Shown one piece after another: positions 50,477 through 62,570 of a DNA stretch of 64,000 bases. Source of the stretch: Camelus ferus (taxonomy: Eukaryota). The stretch is from NCBI RefSeq assembly GCF_009834535.1, contig NC_045707.1:47370001-47434000 (forward strand). Direction: 5' to 3'. Below the pieces are notes generated by a model. It was not told the origin of the DNA. It did no database searches and saw nothing but the letters and a program-made list of their open reading frames with translations. Both the position numbers and the translations under genes were made by a program. Position 1 is the stretch's first letter; every line of letters begins with the position of its first letter.

Positions 50477-51016
50477 TGTAGCAGACACTGTTGCTTGTCT
50501 ACCACATTGCCATTTTCCAGCCCATTCTCTTCTTTTTTTGCCTGTGGAGCCCAGTTTTGTTTGAGTAGAGTGGTCACTATTCCCTGTGTTCAAGAAAGGT
50601 AAGCCAGGGTGAATTCGTGACTGGTCTAAGATGATATTGGCAGTGTTGTTCCCTTGGCATTGATTGGCTCAGGTATGGATAATTGATGTGATTCTGAACG
50701 ATGAGATGTGAGGGAAATCGATACGGTCCTTCTGCGGTAGGGCTTTCCCAACCAATAGGAAGGTATCTGTAGGAGGTACACTTTTCTAGATGTTGCGGTA
50801 TCTGTGGCATCTAGAATCATTGCAACCATTGTGCAACCACAAGAGAGATGCCAAGAATGGCAGAGTTGGAGGATGGATCCTCCATGACGTTATGCTGCTC
50901 AATCAACCAACCCTGGAATCAGCCACTCCTCGCCAATGATTAGGAGATAGGAAACGCCTACTGCTCAAGCCCGTTTTAGTCAGCTACTCTCACAGCTGAA
51001 AGCGTTCTAATGGACA
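50477..51016 (+). mobile_element. MaLR LTR (MLT1J/K-like) inserted in a MIR
   Basis: Ends 'cacagctgaaagcgttctaatggaca'; MIR halves at 50355-50476 and 51017-51095. Confidence 0.65.
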
Positions 51017-51184
51017 TGGCAGGTAATGCCCTTAGCATAGTGCCTAAAGCATAACACTTGCACAATAAATGGCAACTGTCATTATTATTATTAACAAAAA
51101 TAGCGGACTTCTTATCTATTAAATTTAGGGCAGGGATTGTAGTGCCAATCCTATTATAAGACACTAAGCTCAAAAATATTTGCT

Positions 51185-51345
51185 GAAAGTTTGTATTCAT
51201 TATCCTTGTTTCCCACTCTTTGTTTCAGCCTATTGAAATCATGGTGATTCTATTATACAGTGTATATCAGCTCTCCTTCCTAGCCTTGAGTTTTTTGCAA
51301 ATTTGACAAATTTTTCAGCCTTTAAAATTTTCACTTAAATTTGGA
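51185..51345 (-). mobile_element. CR1/L3 fragment
   Basis: 'cagcctattgaaatc...tcctagccttgagttttttgcaaatttgaca' resembles the L3 RT region. Confidence 0.45.
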
Positions 51346-52068
51346 CCCCCTTGAAAGATGGTTATGACTTGAAAAGGAGAAATAGGCTTCTTTGTTGAAG
51401 ATGGGAGCACACCACAACTGATAATTATTCAGATGACAAACCTGATTTCATGATTTGTCATGGATTGTCCTAAGTTAAGCTTTGTAAAGGCATTTGGAGG
51501 GCAGCTTGTGGAGTGTAAGGAGTTGGGAATTAAGTCCCTGGAGGTTTTGTCTGGCAAGGCATCTGGGGCAGTTAGCTGAAGTTAGGTACCCTGCACAAGG
51601 TCATCAAAGAGGGATTAGAATTCTCAGTCACAGTGCCTGGAATTCCTGTGCGTGACTAGACTCTGCTACGTGATGATACTTGGGGGCAACAGCAATTATT
51701 GCGGCAACCGTATCTCCAGAGAACAAGGGGAGGGACAATGGTGGAGTCAGACTCATTGACTCATAGAATGGTACAACTGGAAAAAATGCTGGGGACTGTC
51801 TGGTCCAACACTCTCATTTTCCAGAGGAGGAAATTGCCATCCATAGACGTCAAGTGACATTTCTAAGATTTCATGGCCAACAAGTGGCAGAGTGGAGATG
51901 AGGGCTTTGGTCTTATGATGCTTGGCTTCCTGCTTTTTCCTTGTATCATTTCCGCTGAAATTATTTAAAAACACCCTTTCTAGAGTTTCATGACATGAGA
52001 ACTACAAGCATGTGGCAACATTGTAAAGCAGATTTGCATTCTCTTAGTAGATCCATTGCTTAACTTTA

Positions 52069-52197
52069 TAATGACTTTTTGAGGAGGGGTAGGTATTTAG
52101 GTTTAATTTATTTATTTTTAGAGGAGGTACTGGAGATTGAACCCAAGACCCTGTGCATGCTGAGCATGCGCTCTACCACTGAGCTGTACCCTCCCCC
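52069..52197 (-). mobile_element. tRNA-Ala-derived SINE (vic-1-like)
   Basis: tRNA-Ala head; TSD attgcttaa(c/t)ttta at 52055-52068 and 52198-52211. Confidence 0.9.
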
Positions 52198-53039
52198 ATT
52201 GCTTAATTTTAATTTATTTCACTGTCTAGTTTCATCAGGAATTTCTGTATTTCTTTTGAATTATTAGCAGATGTGTTAAGCCAGTACTTACTTCTGGCTG
52301 GTTTATCAAGACATATTTGTGAAGTATGTCCATAATGTAAAGAGGTGACTCTAGAATCTAGTCTTGTTACTTCATATTCAAATAACATACATGAAAATTG
52401 GGGAACTACTCCTCATGACTGAACTACCATTATAGAGCACCAACTATATGTTAAGAATTGATCTTGGCACAGCACACGTCACAATATGTCATTTTTATCC
52501 TTATAAAAAAGCCAAGGAAATTTGTGCTGCTATGGCCGTTTTACAGATGAGAGAAGTGGGGATCAACTTCACACAGCTGAAAACTGTACAGGTAGAATTA
52601 GAAGCCAGGTCCATTTGGCATTGAATCCAGAACCCTTGATGGATTTAAAAAAAAAGAAGAAGAAATGGGAATTCTGACAGAGAAATAATTTGGGGTCTAA
52701 GGCACAGACCCCAGAGGACAGTATCAGGAGCAGAGTTGTCTGGGTCATCTGGTAATGAGGGTACTGAATTCCAGAAAAGCAATCACCAGAAATCAAGAGA
52801 CCACTTTGCCTTTTTCACAGTGTTGTGGAGTTGGCCCCACTTCTGAATATCTACCAAAAATATGTTCGGTTTGTAGGGCAACGTGTCACCGTCCACCAGC
52901 TGGATGGAGATGCCAACTAGGGTTTGAGGTTTTCACACTGACATTTCATTCACAAAAGGAATTGTGCTCTTGACTCTGCAATATGGGGGAGAAGGAGCCC
53001 CCCTGGGCTTTGGCAAGTGCAGCATACGGTCGGGATTTA

Positions 53040-53270
53040 GAGCATGGGCTGTGCATTTAGACTTAGATTTAGTCCCAGGTCACCAGTTACAAGATATGTG
53101 ACCTTGGACCAGTGACCTTCATCTCTAAATTCTAATCTCTAAAATGGTGCAATAATAGCACTTACCTCATAGCCTTGCTCTGAAGTTTCAATGAGATGAT
53201 ACATGTAAAACACTGGTCATGGTGCCAGGCACTCAGTAAATAAATGTTCACAGTTATCATCATCATCTTC
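53040..53270 (+). mobile_element. MIR SINE
   Basis: 'tgtgaccttggac..aaaatggtgcaataatagcacttacctcatag..atgagatgatacatgtaaaacac'. Confidence 0.75.
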
Positions 53271-53494
53271 GGTGTTACTATTCTGGTGGCTCCACCTGAC
53301 AAATCAGGAGAGCAGGGCTCTACTTTTTCACTTCCTCTGCAGATCTGCATTCCTGCTTTCTTCAGTAGGTCACACACAAGCTTTCTGGACCTTAGTGTCA
53401 TAATAAAAAGTCAGCGAGAGTGCCCCTATATCACTATGCCACATCAGAAATAGGTAGAGATGGAGAGAAAATGCCTGGTTGCCATCCTGGGCTA

Positions 53495-54149
53495 TGTATT
53501 ATAGTCACTGATGATGCTTTTGTAAAAGTAGATCATTTCTGAGCCAAACTTGACGCCAAGCTCCTGTGTTTCTTAAAATGACAACAAAAGTTCATTGCCC
53601 ATTTGTGCTCATCTTAATTCATGAAGGTGACTGAGAGGTGACATGGAGATGCCAATACCAGTGAAAGAAGAATTTATTACTTACATTTCCCAAGAGGAGT
53701 AGCCACGTGGCCACATCACATGGGCCCACGTGGAAAGCACCAGGTTTGGTCAGGAGCCAGAGGAAAGGCTAAGCCAGGGCCTTTATTGCAGGGGGTTCTG
53801 CAGAAAAGACATGGCAGGGCAGAGTAAACAGTTAAAAAGGGCTAGTTTGAATAATTGTGCTGGGCTTTGGGTTATAGAAGTGGTCTCTAGTTGCCTGGTA
53901 CCTGGCCCCGGAATGATTTAGGGCAAAGGAAACATTGACTTGTTGTGTAAAAGTTAGAGAAAGGAGCTGATTGGGAATTACAGGCTCAGGATTGGTTGGT
54001 TTGCATATGAAAGTTGTGTTCATGAGTAAAATGTAATCTTTAGGAATTAGCTAGCCCCGAAAGGGGCACTCTCTCTCTCCAGATCTGTAAGGTCCCCCAA
54101 ATAGGAAAACATCATTGGATACAGAAAAACAAAAACCATAATTAATACA
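53495..54149 (-). mobile_element. ERVL solo LTR (MER54/MER74-group-like)
   Basis: Terminal inverted TGTATTA...TAATACA; minus-strand AATAAA at 'tttatt' (~53675 and ~53785). Confidence 0.65.
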
Positions 54150-54411
54150 ACCATTCACCCAGTCCCTACGCTTATTCCCTGGTCCTTCAAACTTCAGTGC
54201 TCTCTGAAAAATAGATGAAGTCATTAGCATCAAGGTCAAGTGCACAGGTCAAGGAGTTTTCAGTAAAAAAAGTAAACCTTGTATGCTCTGGTAGATGGTG
54301 CTAAAAGTAGCCTTGCATTATCTCTCAGGTTCTGTGGTGTCTCACAACTTACAATCTGTTTACAGCCTGCACAGAGAAAAGGAAAAGAAAGGCAATGACA
54401 AAAGACTTCAT

Positions 54412-54545
54412 GGTGGGGAAGGTATAGCTCAGTGGTGGAGCGTGTGCTTAGCATGCATGAGGTCCTGGGTTCAATCCCCAGTACCTCTGTTAAAAAAAAA
54501 ATCTAATTACCTCTCCCCAAAATTTAAAAACATGAAAAGAAAAGA
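54412..54545 (+). mobile_element. tRNA-Ala-derived SINE (vic-1-like)
   Basis: ggtatagctcagtggtggagcgtgtgcttagcatgcatgaggtcctgggttcaatccccagtacctc (A and B boxes), then an A run, 'ctaattacctctcccc' and an A-rich tail. Confidence 0.9.
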
Positions 54546-56791
54546 AAACAGTTCAGAGAAAACCTACTGCAGCCTGTTGTATCTTCTGGTTGTGCTACTG
54601 GGCAACCAGCAAATTCACATCAGCCTTGCAGCTGCCTGTTGCTGGTTTAGAATCTTCGGTTTCCTGTTTTAGAAAGGAGTCTATGTTATAACTGCAGATT
54701 TCACCATATAAAATGAGACAAAGGCAAACACCACTTAACTCCCACCCTTACAAGAGCACTGATGCTATAAATTACTCACTGTGTCAGATTTTCTTTCACG
54801 GCATCTATTTTTGTAGCAGGTGTAAAAGATTTAGAAGGCTGAATCAATTCTCATAGTGTAGTGTTTTACGGCAACCTGTTAACTGATGCAAATATTCCCA
54901 AGCTTCGAGCATATGAATTATGGTTCACACTTATCACCAAATAAACTGGAAACCCAGACTTTGGGCCTGTTTTATTATCACAGACTCATACCTGCTCCCC
55001 AAGATGCTATTTCCATTGCAGTTTATCTTGCGTGTGTTCATGGGTGACTTGCTGATACAGGTCACCAGGTTTTTGATACAGTAACAGAAATCTTGAGACC
55101 AGAGTGTTGACGGGATTGCATTTGTTCTCAACTCTGCACGAGAGCAGTTTTATTTTTTTTCCCTAACATTACTGATATACATTGCTTTGATCTCTAATAT
55201 ATGATCTTTCTGAATTTACTGAGCAATTAGTAGAGTGTAAGGGCCTGTTCATGTTTTTATATCCCTCTCATAAGCAGTAAGCTCTATTAGGCACATATTG
55301 GAAAACAAACACTTGAATAGGGAATCATCTTCCTACAGCGTTTCTCAAGACATTCTTCGTGGTCCACTTAAGGTCTGAAAGGACCCACCTAATGGGCATT
55401 GAATGAATTAATGAAACAATGCAAGACCTTCCTATTCTAGAGTTCCTGGATTTTCACTATACATACTATGGCCTATTTACTAGTAAATAAGCAAGTTTAT
55501 TAAAAGTTCCTAAAATTAGATATTCATATTTTTGTTGAGTTTTTTGAGTATCCCACTACAGAATTCTTGAGTAGATTGCATATTCCACTAAGACAGCTTG
55601 TTCGTGTGTAATACTTGTCAATCCTGCAAACTCTCACTGCGTGTACACAGATGCAGGCAGCTGGTTGGATTCCACATTGCATATGGGAAGGGTCTTTGTT
55701 ATCAGTGCCTCAAAGATTCTGTCTTGAGTTGATAATGCTTTTCAATTGCTACTATCCTTAATTTAATCAATATTTTCACATTTTTTACTTTTGTAATCTT
55801 TGTATTATTGAGGGTCTTTTTAAATTGGAAAGTGGAATTGGGTGGAATATGTGGACCATTGAAACTTTGACCCTGACTGAGCTGTCCCCAATCAAAAAGT
55901 GAGGAGAGCTACAGCTCTAGACTCGAGTTTCTCATGTCATAATTGATGTGGTCAACTGTGAGATACAGTGCAAACAATCTGTTACTACTAATAATTGAAA
56001 TACCAAGTTTACAGATGATTTATATTTCTGTGTAAGTTGATGAGGACTCAAAGTTAATCTGTGGAATAATGCTATTCTTGTTTACTGCCTTTGATAGACT
56101 TTCTTGAATGGGAGAGAAAGGGGAGGGAATTGTAAAACTGGACATTGTATCTAATCTGAAACCACCTTGTCAAACCCACATCCTGCAGTGAGTGTCTGCT
56201 GATATTCACAACAAAGGGAATTACCAATTATTACAATGCTTATGAGCTTTGACTTTATGGCTTTTTCAGGTTTTTTAAAAAAATTTCTTTCTCCCTGCAT
56301 ATGAGATGTGAGTTATTGAGGGCTTCAAGAATGTTCCCATCTCTCTTAGCTACATTGTAAATTTCATTTTGGCACCCCTGCTAACACAGTAATCCATTTT
56401 CTTTTGAATTCCATCTATGGACAAATTTGTAACAAAAAAGGCAAGGGGATTATGATGATTTCCTAGAACTGGACAGTCATAATCATCAAACTACAGGCAC
56501 TCAGAATGAGGTTGTACCTGAAAAGTCACACAGTCATTTTTATTATTTATCAGAATCTGTACATTGTAAATTCTCTATTTTAAACTGATTTTTATGCCTA
56601 CTGTTAAATAGAACTTATGTCATGAATTAATTTAACAAATTTTGATTCACGCATTATGTGCTAGGTATGAAATTGTCAACAAGGTAGATACGGGCTTGCC
56701 TCTCCTGAAGCTTGCATAATACTGGAAGGCTGGGGCAGAGTGCTGGGGGCACAACAAAGGGAGGTAAGAGTGAGGGATGTGTCCATGGATA

Positions 56792-57278
56792 TGTTGCGGA
56801 AAAATGTGTTACAGCTCGGTGTTACAGCTCAGTTGTGACAGCAACCTGGATCCAGGCAAGAGACCAAGCAGCACTTGGAGGGTTGGAGAACTCAGGTTTA
56901 CTACACCAGCAGGCCCAGAGGAGTTAACACTCCAAGCTCTGGACGCCATCTGTAGGTTTACACAGGCCTTTTATAGGCTGCCAGTTTTACACTTTGCGAC
57001 ATCATATGCAAATAAAGTATAACAGAAATTGACCAACCAGGAACAAGCTTTGTAGAAATAGGCCAATCAGAAGTGAGAGTAATAACCAATCAGGAGTGAA
57101 GGAAATAACCAATCAGAAGTGAGCTCGGGGAACCAATAGAATTTTAGGAGTAAGTAAGCCGGTTCAGACCCAAAAAGTGAGATAGAGCCTCTGGGCCAGG
57201 GAACCGGATGGTGCCGGCAGGAGAGTAGTGGCCCTGCTTGGGGGTCCTGCCGGTCTTTTTATAGGGCTTCCTGCTTCA
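56792..57278 (-). mobile_element. Intact young ERV1-class solo LTR (487 bp)
   Basis: TG...CA termini; 4-bp TSD gata at 56788-56791 and 57279-57282; minus-strand TATAAAA (56969-56975) and AGTAAA (56897-56902); retained CpGs. Confidence 0.9.
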
Positions 57279-57804
57279 GATACAGATAAGTAAACAGGCA
57301 ATTACAGTACAGGGTCTTAAGAGCCTTGGTAGGGTAAGTTTCGGATCCCATGGGGATCCATAGGGAGGGGCATATAACCCCAACTGAGGGAATCACAGGG
57401 AAGCTTTTAAGAGGGTAGTTATACCTAAGGTGAGATGCAAAAAAATGAAAAGCAAGTTGACTTATGATATTACCTATCAAAGTAGAAGTCTAGAAAAAAG
57501 TCAAGGTTTGTTAATTCAAAATATAGTTTAAAAATTGAAAATTGATTTCCTATTTTCTTGTAAGATACAGACATATTTTATCTTATAAGAGCATTATAAG
57601 GGATCTTTAAATGGATGATTTCATCATTCACATGTTAAATGGTTCTGAATTACACAACCCTTTCCCATCTAAATCAAAATGGCACCACTTTTCTTTCTTC
57701 CCAGAAAATTAATTTCAGTATTTGCCAGATCTGGGCCCTGCTTGAGGACAACATTATCACACATATCACAGTGAGAGAAGACGATTGGCATTTGTTCACT
57801 ATAT

Positions 57805-58210
57805 ATGAACTATTTATTGAGCACTTACTATGTACCAGGCAGTGTTCTATGGGCTGGAGATACAACAGAGACCAAAGCAATGTCTTTGCCCTCATAGTAC
57901 TCACATCTAGTGGGGAAGATAGCTAAAAAATAATTTAATGTGTGAAATGCCAGGTAGGGATAAGTATCATGAAAGAAGGCAGAGAGTTTTGGGGTGGGAA
58001 GAAGCTATTTTTGATAGAGTCATTAGAGAAGCTCCTATAATGAGGTGACAACTTAGCAGAGACCTGAGTGAAGTGGAGGAGTGAGCCACACAGTTCTCTG
58101 GAGAAAGAGTGTTCCAGGTAGAGGGAACAGCAAGTGCAAAGGCTCTGGAGTAGGAATATCCTGTATTTAAAATTGGCTGCCAGAAGACCGGTTGAAAGTG
58201 ATGTGGTGGG
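57805..58210 (-). mobile_element. L2 3' fragment
   Basis: 'tatttattgagcacttactatgtaccaggc...ccaggtagagggaacagcaagtgcaaaggc'. Confidence 0.85.
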
Positions 58211-58626
58211 ATGAGAAATAACATGTGAATCTGGCACTTTTAAGAGGAGAGAGGAAGAAGTCTCTTAACTTTCAGATCTCTGTAAAGGAGCTTCGAAATT
58301 ATGCTTTAAAGAAAGTAACCGTTCTGTCCAGAGTCTAGATCATTGGTTCATATATTCCAGAGTATTTTTATTTCTGTTTATTTATTTCTGTTTCTGATGT
58401 TTCATAAACCTCAGATAGTCCTCTTCTGCCTTCACCTTCTTCTGTTTGTTTGGATGGATGTCCAAAAACAGGAGGATAGGTATTCTTCTTATAATCACTG
58501 CTTTCCTTCTCACATTATCTAGACATATTCCAATCCTGCCCAACTCTTCAGCTTAGCTGAGGTTTCCTACTCTGTTCCCACACTCTTCATAGATCAGGAA
58601 CCCAAGGCTCAGATGGTTAAGCAATC

Positions 58627-58975
58627 TGTATTAGTCAGCTCAGGCTGCAGCATTAAGATACTATAGACTAGGAGGCTGGAACAACAGAAATTAATTTTTT
58701 CACAGTTAAGGGTGCCAGCATGGTGGGGTTTTGGTGAGAACCCTTCATGGCTTGCAGATGGCTGTCTTCATGCTGTGTCCTCACATGGCAGGGAGAAAGA
58801 GAAAGCTCTCCAGCATCTTGTCTTATAAAGGCATTTATGCCACCATGAGGGTCCCACCCCCATGACCGTCTCTAAACTTATTTACCACCCAGAGATCTTA
58901 TTTTCAGATTCCTTCATAATGGGGATTAGGGCTTCACCATGTAAACCTAAGAGGAACACAGTTCAGTCCATGGCA
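58627..58975 (-). mobile_element. MaLR solo LTR (MLT1A/MST-like) inserted in a MIR
   Basis: 'tgtattagtcagctcaggctgc' through 'aacacagttcagtccatggca'; the MIR 'aggctcagatggttaagcaat|ctgcccaaggcaca' is split around it. Confidence 0.85.
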
Positions 58976-59419
58976 CTGCCCAAGGCACATCATGAGTAAG
59001 TGGAGAGTCTGAGACTCAAGCTTGGGCTTTTAGTCTTCATGTTCAGTGCTGTATAACATTGTTACGTTTTTACAATACAGGCGGTTCAATAATTAGTAGA
59101 ACTGATTTCACTTCCTTTGAAATACTAGACAAAGCAGTGACTTATGCCTAAATGTAAGCATCCAGAGAAGGAGAGAGGATGAGGGGAGACCTGTACTCAT
59201 CAACTGCCAAGAGGAAGAGCTTAAATGCTTGGTGTATGATAGGATCATCCAAAGTACACGAATCAGTTAGGTCAGTTTTGTAAGATATCACATTGTTGTT
59301 TTTGCTCGCTACAACTAGAATAGAACAAAATTCCACCACAACCACGTCTAATTTGAGCCCTGATCTTCAAAAATGTTTACTCTTGTAAAGCCTATGTCAA
59401 AAGATATCTTCCAGAGAAA

Positions 59420-60425
59420 ATACATAAATTGGACTTCATTAAAGTGAAAACTTTTGTGTATCAAAGGACGCTGTCAACAGAGTGGAAAGGCAACCTATGG
59501 AATGGAAGAAAGAATTTGCAAATCATATATATATAAAATAAGCAAGGAAATGTAAAGAACTCCTACAACTCGACAACATAAAAAGTCAACCCAACTGGAA
59601 AAATGGGCAAAGGACTTAGACATTTCTCCAAAGAAAATATACATATGACCAATAAGCACATAAAAAGATGTTCAATACCACGAATCAGTAGGGAAATGCA
59701 AATCAAAACCATAATGAGATACCACTTCACACCTATTAGGATGACTGTTATTAGGAAAAAAAATCCAGAAAATCAGTGTTAGTAAGAACGTGAAGAAATT
59801 GGAACCCTTGTGCACTGTTAGCGGGGATGTAAAATGATTCAGCAGCTGTGGAAAATGGTATGGTAGCTTCTCAAAAAAAACCCATAGATTACCATGTGAT
59901 CCAGCAATTGTACTTCTGGGTATATATCAACTGAAAGAAGGGACTTGAACAGGTTATTTGTACACCTATGTTCAGAGCAGCATGATTCATAATAGCCAAG
60001 AGGTGAAAGCAATCCAAGTGCACACTGACAGATGAAAGGATAAACAAAATGAGGTATAAACAAGCAATGGAATATTATTCAGCCTTAAAAAGGGAAGAAA
60101 CTTCTGACCCATGATATAATATGATGAACTTAGAGGACATTACGCTAAGTGAAATAAGCCAGGCACAAAAGGACAAATACTCTGTAATTCCACTCATGTA
60201 AGTTAGCTGGAGTTGTCAAATTCACAGAAAGAGAAAGTAGAATGGTGGTTGTCAAGGGCTGGGGGGAGAGAGGGACGCAGAATTGTTCAGATTTGCAACA
60301 TGAAAAAGTTCTAGAGATTGGTTTCACAACAATGTGAATATATTAACACAACTGATCTGTACACTTTAAAATGTACAATAAATTTTATATTGTGAGTATT
60401 TCACAGGAAATAAAATTAAAGAAAA
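59420..60425 (+). mobile_element. L1 (L1MB-like) ORF2 end plus 3' UTR
   Basis: 'gggaaatgcaaatcaaaaccataatgagataccacttcacacc' and further L1 landmarks, ending in an A-rich tail. Confidence 0.92.
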
Positions 60426-60814
60426 AGATAACTTCATGAAGAACAGTACTTCAGTGAACAAGCAGATGATGCCCAAATCTGAATTAGCTGATATTAGGAA
60501 AATGAAAAGGATGATTGGCTGTCATGATTCAGATTCATTAGCAAAACTAAAGTTCTTAAATCCAACTTAACACAATAATTGGGTCATTTTTCAAACATGA
60601 AGCCTAACTGCATGAGCTTTCATCTTTTACTGAAGGCTAAGAAGGAGGAATAACAGACAGTTGGTTACCATCTGATACTCCTACCTTCTTTGCATCTTCA
60701 TTAACTGTAGCAAGAAAGAAAAACCTGTCTTTATTTTTAGCATAGCAGTAGCTCTGCCAGTTTTGTTTAACTGTCTAGATTCTTCATTTCCCTCTAGTGT
60801 CTTTTTTTCCTTTA

Positions 60815-61495
60815 AAAAATTTTTTAAGTTGTGTATGTGTTTTTTTATTGAGGTATAGTTGATGTATATTATTATATAAGTTACAGGTGTACAACACAGT
60901 GAATCATAATTTTAAAAGGTTACATGCCATTTATAGTTATTATAAAATATTGGCTGTATTCCCTGTGCAGTACAGTGTATCCTTGCAGCTTATTTATGTT
61001 ATACGTAGTTTGTACATTTTAGTCCTCTACCCCTATCCTGTCCCTCCCCACTTCTCTTTTCCCACTGGTAACCACTGGTTTGTTCCCTGTATCTGTGTCT
61101 GTTTCTTTTTGTTATATTCACTAGTTTATTGTATTTTTTAGATTCCACATATAAGTGATATCATACAGTATTTGTCTTTCTCTGTCTGACTTCTCTTACT
61201 AAGCATAATACCCTCTATGTCCATCGATGTTGTTGCAAATGGCAAAATTTTGTTCTTTTAATGGCTGAGTAGTATTCCATTGTATGTATACCACATCTTC
61301 TTTATCCATTCATCTGTTGAATGGACACCTAAGTTGCCTCCATATCTTGGCAATTATGTATAATGCTGCCATGAACACTAGGGTACATGTATCTTTTCAA
61401 ATTAGTGTTTTTATTTTTACTTTTTCCAGATATATACCTAGAGGTGGAATTGCTGGACCATATGGTAGTTTTATTTTCAGTTTTTTGAGAAACCC
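60815..61495 (-). mobile_element. L1 3' fragment
   Basis: Antisense 3' UTR and ORF2 end; degenerate flanking repeat ccctcta(g/a)tgt at about 60790 and 61495. Confidence 0.9.
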
Positions 61496-61564
61496 CCTCT
61501 AATGTTCTTCATGTAGTCAACGTGAATTTATTCAAGTTTGACTAGATGTGATGGTCAGTGGTTC

Positions 61565-62005
61565 CATGCAGGTTATTCGGTTTGCTCCTCTAGGTAGACA
61601 CATTCTTAGCCTTTCCCTCCCATGCTTTCTGCTCCAGGAAGAGGTGATTATGGACTGCATCACTCTCTGACTGCTAGCAGGATTTGGCCATTGGGAGGCA
61701 GCAACAGGAGATCAGAAGATGGGAAGAGAGCAGTGGGCTCTTCCTTGTCTGACTGCTCCCTGTCTCGCCATGGTTTGGTGTTGGCCAAAATCTCTATCTA
61801 CCACCACAGTTCCTGTGGGGCAGCTCCACTCCCTTGACTATAGCCCTCACTGTGCCTGGTATCACCATTTCTCTCCTCTGCCCTGTGGAAGCCCAGGGGA
61901 AGGAATAGTTAGCTCCCCATTGTTGCTAGTCTCTGTCAGCAACTCAATCCCTTCTTGGTTTCCTTAACTCTGCCCCAATCCTGGAATAACCCCTTTCTAT
62001 GTTTA
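61565..62005 (+). mobile_element. ERVL LTR remnant (LTR33-like)
   Basis: 'tttggccattgggaggcagcaacaggagatcaga..ggtttccttaactctgccc'. Confidence 0.6.
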
Positions 62006-62379
62006 TATGTAGGGGGAAAAAAGCATGCCATTTATTTTCTTCTAAGAGTTTGATACAGCTACTCATATGCCACCAACACCCAGATTGATCTGATGATCTT
62101 ATGTCCCCAATAAATAATGATCTGCCCAGAGAGAAGAGGCTAAAGGGCCAGGTTTTTGATGACGGCTTGATGTGCGTATCTCTGAAATTCACTTATTATA
62201 TGCAAAACATCTAGCGCTGTGCCCACCCCACAGTAAGTTCTCAATAATGGTTGTTATTATTATTGTTGTTGTATTGTCATTTTAATAGCCAAAAGATGGC
62301 AACCACTGTCTCTATTTATTTATTAAGAAGACCAGCCTTATTTAACTGCTGCTATTTTTGTTCATTCTTATGGAGGGCT

Positions 62380-62570
62380 TAACATTTGTCAGGTCATTTC
62401 ATGGCTTTACCTCCTATAAGCTTCAGAACAGCTCTATCATGTAAGTACTACAGAATTATTATCAGTGTCTTACAAACCTTCAGGAGCACAAGTGATTTGC
62501 CCAAGGTCACACAGAGAGTGAGTGACAGAGCTGAGATTTGAACACACATGGCTGGTTCCAGAACCTGTGC
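62380..62570 (-). mobile_element. MIR SINE
   Basis: 'aagtgatttgcccaaggtcacacagagagtgagtgacagagctgagatttgaac'. Confidence 0.8.

Noticed and set aside
54412..54490. tRNA-Ala(AGC)-like sequence (also at 19150-19228, 24340-24415 and 52120-52197)
   Set aside because: These are SINE heads: mutated stems or boxes, A-rich tails and, in three copies, clear TSDs
57062..57137. Short spaced repeats superficially like a CRISPR array
   Set aside because: Tandem CCAAT-box repeats in an LTR U3 region of a mammalian genome; no unique spacers
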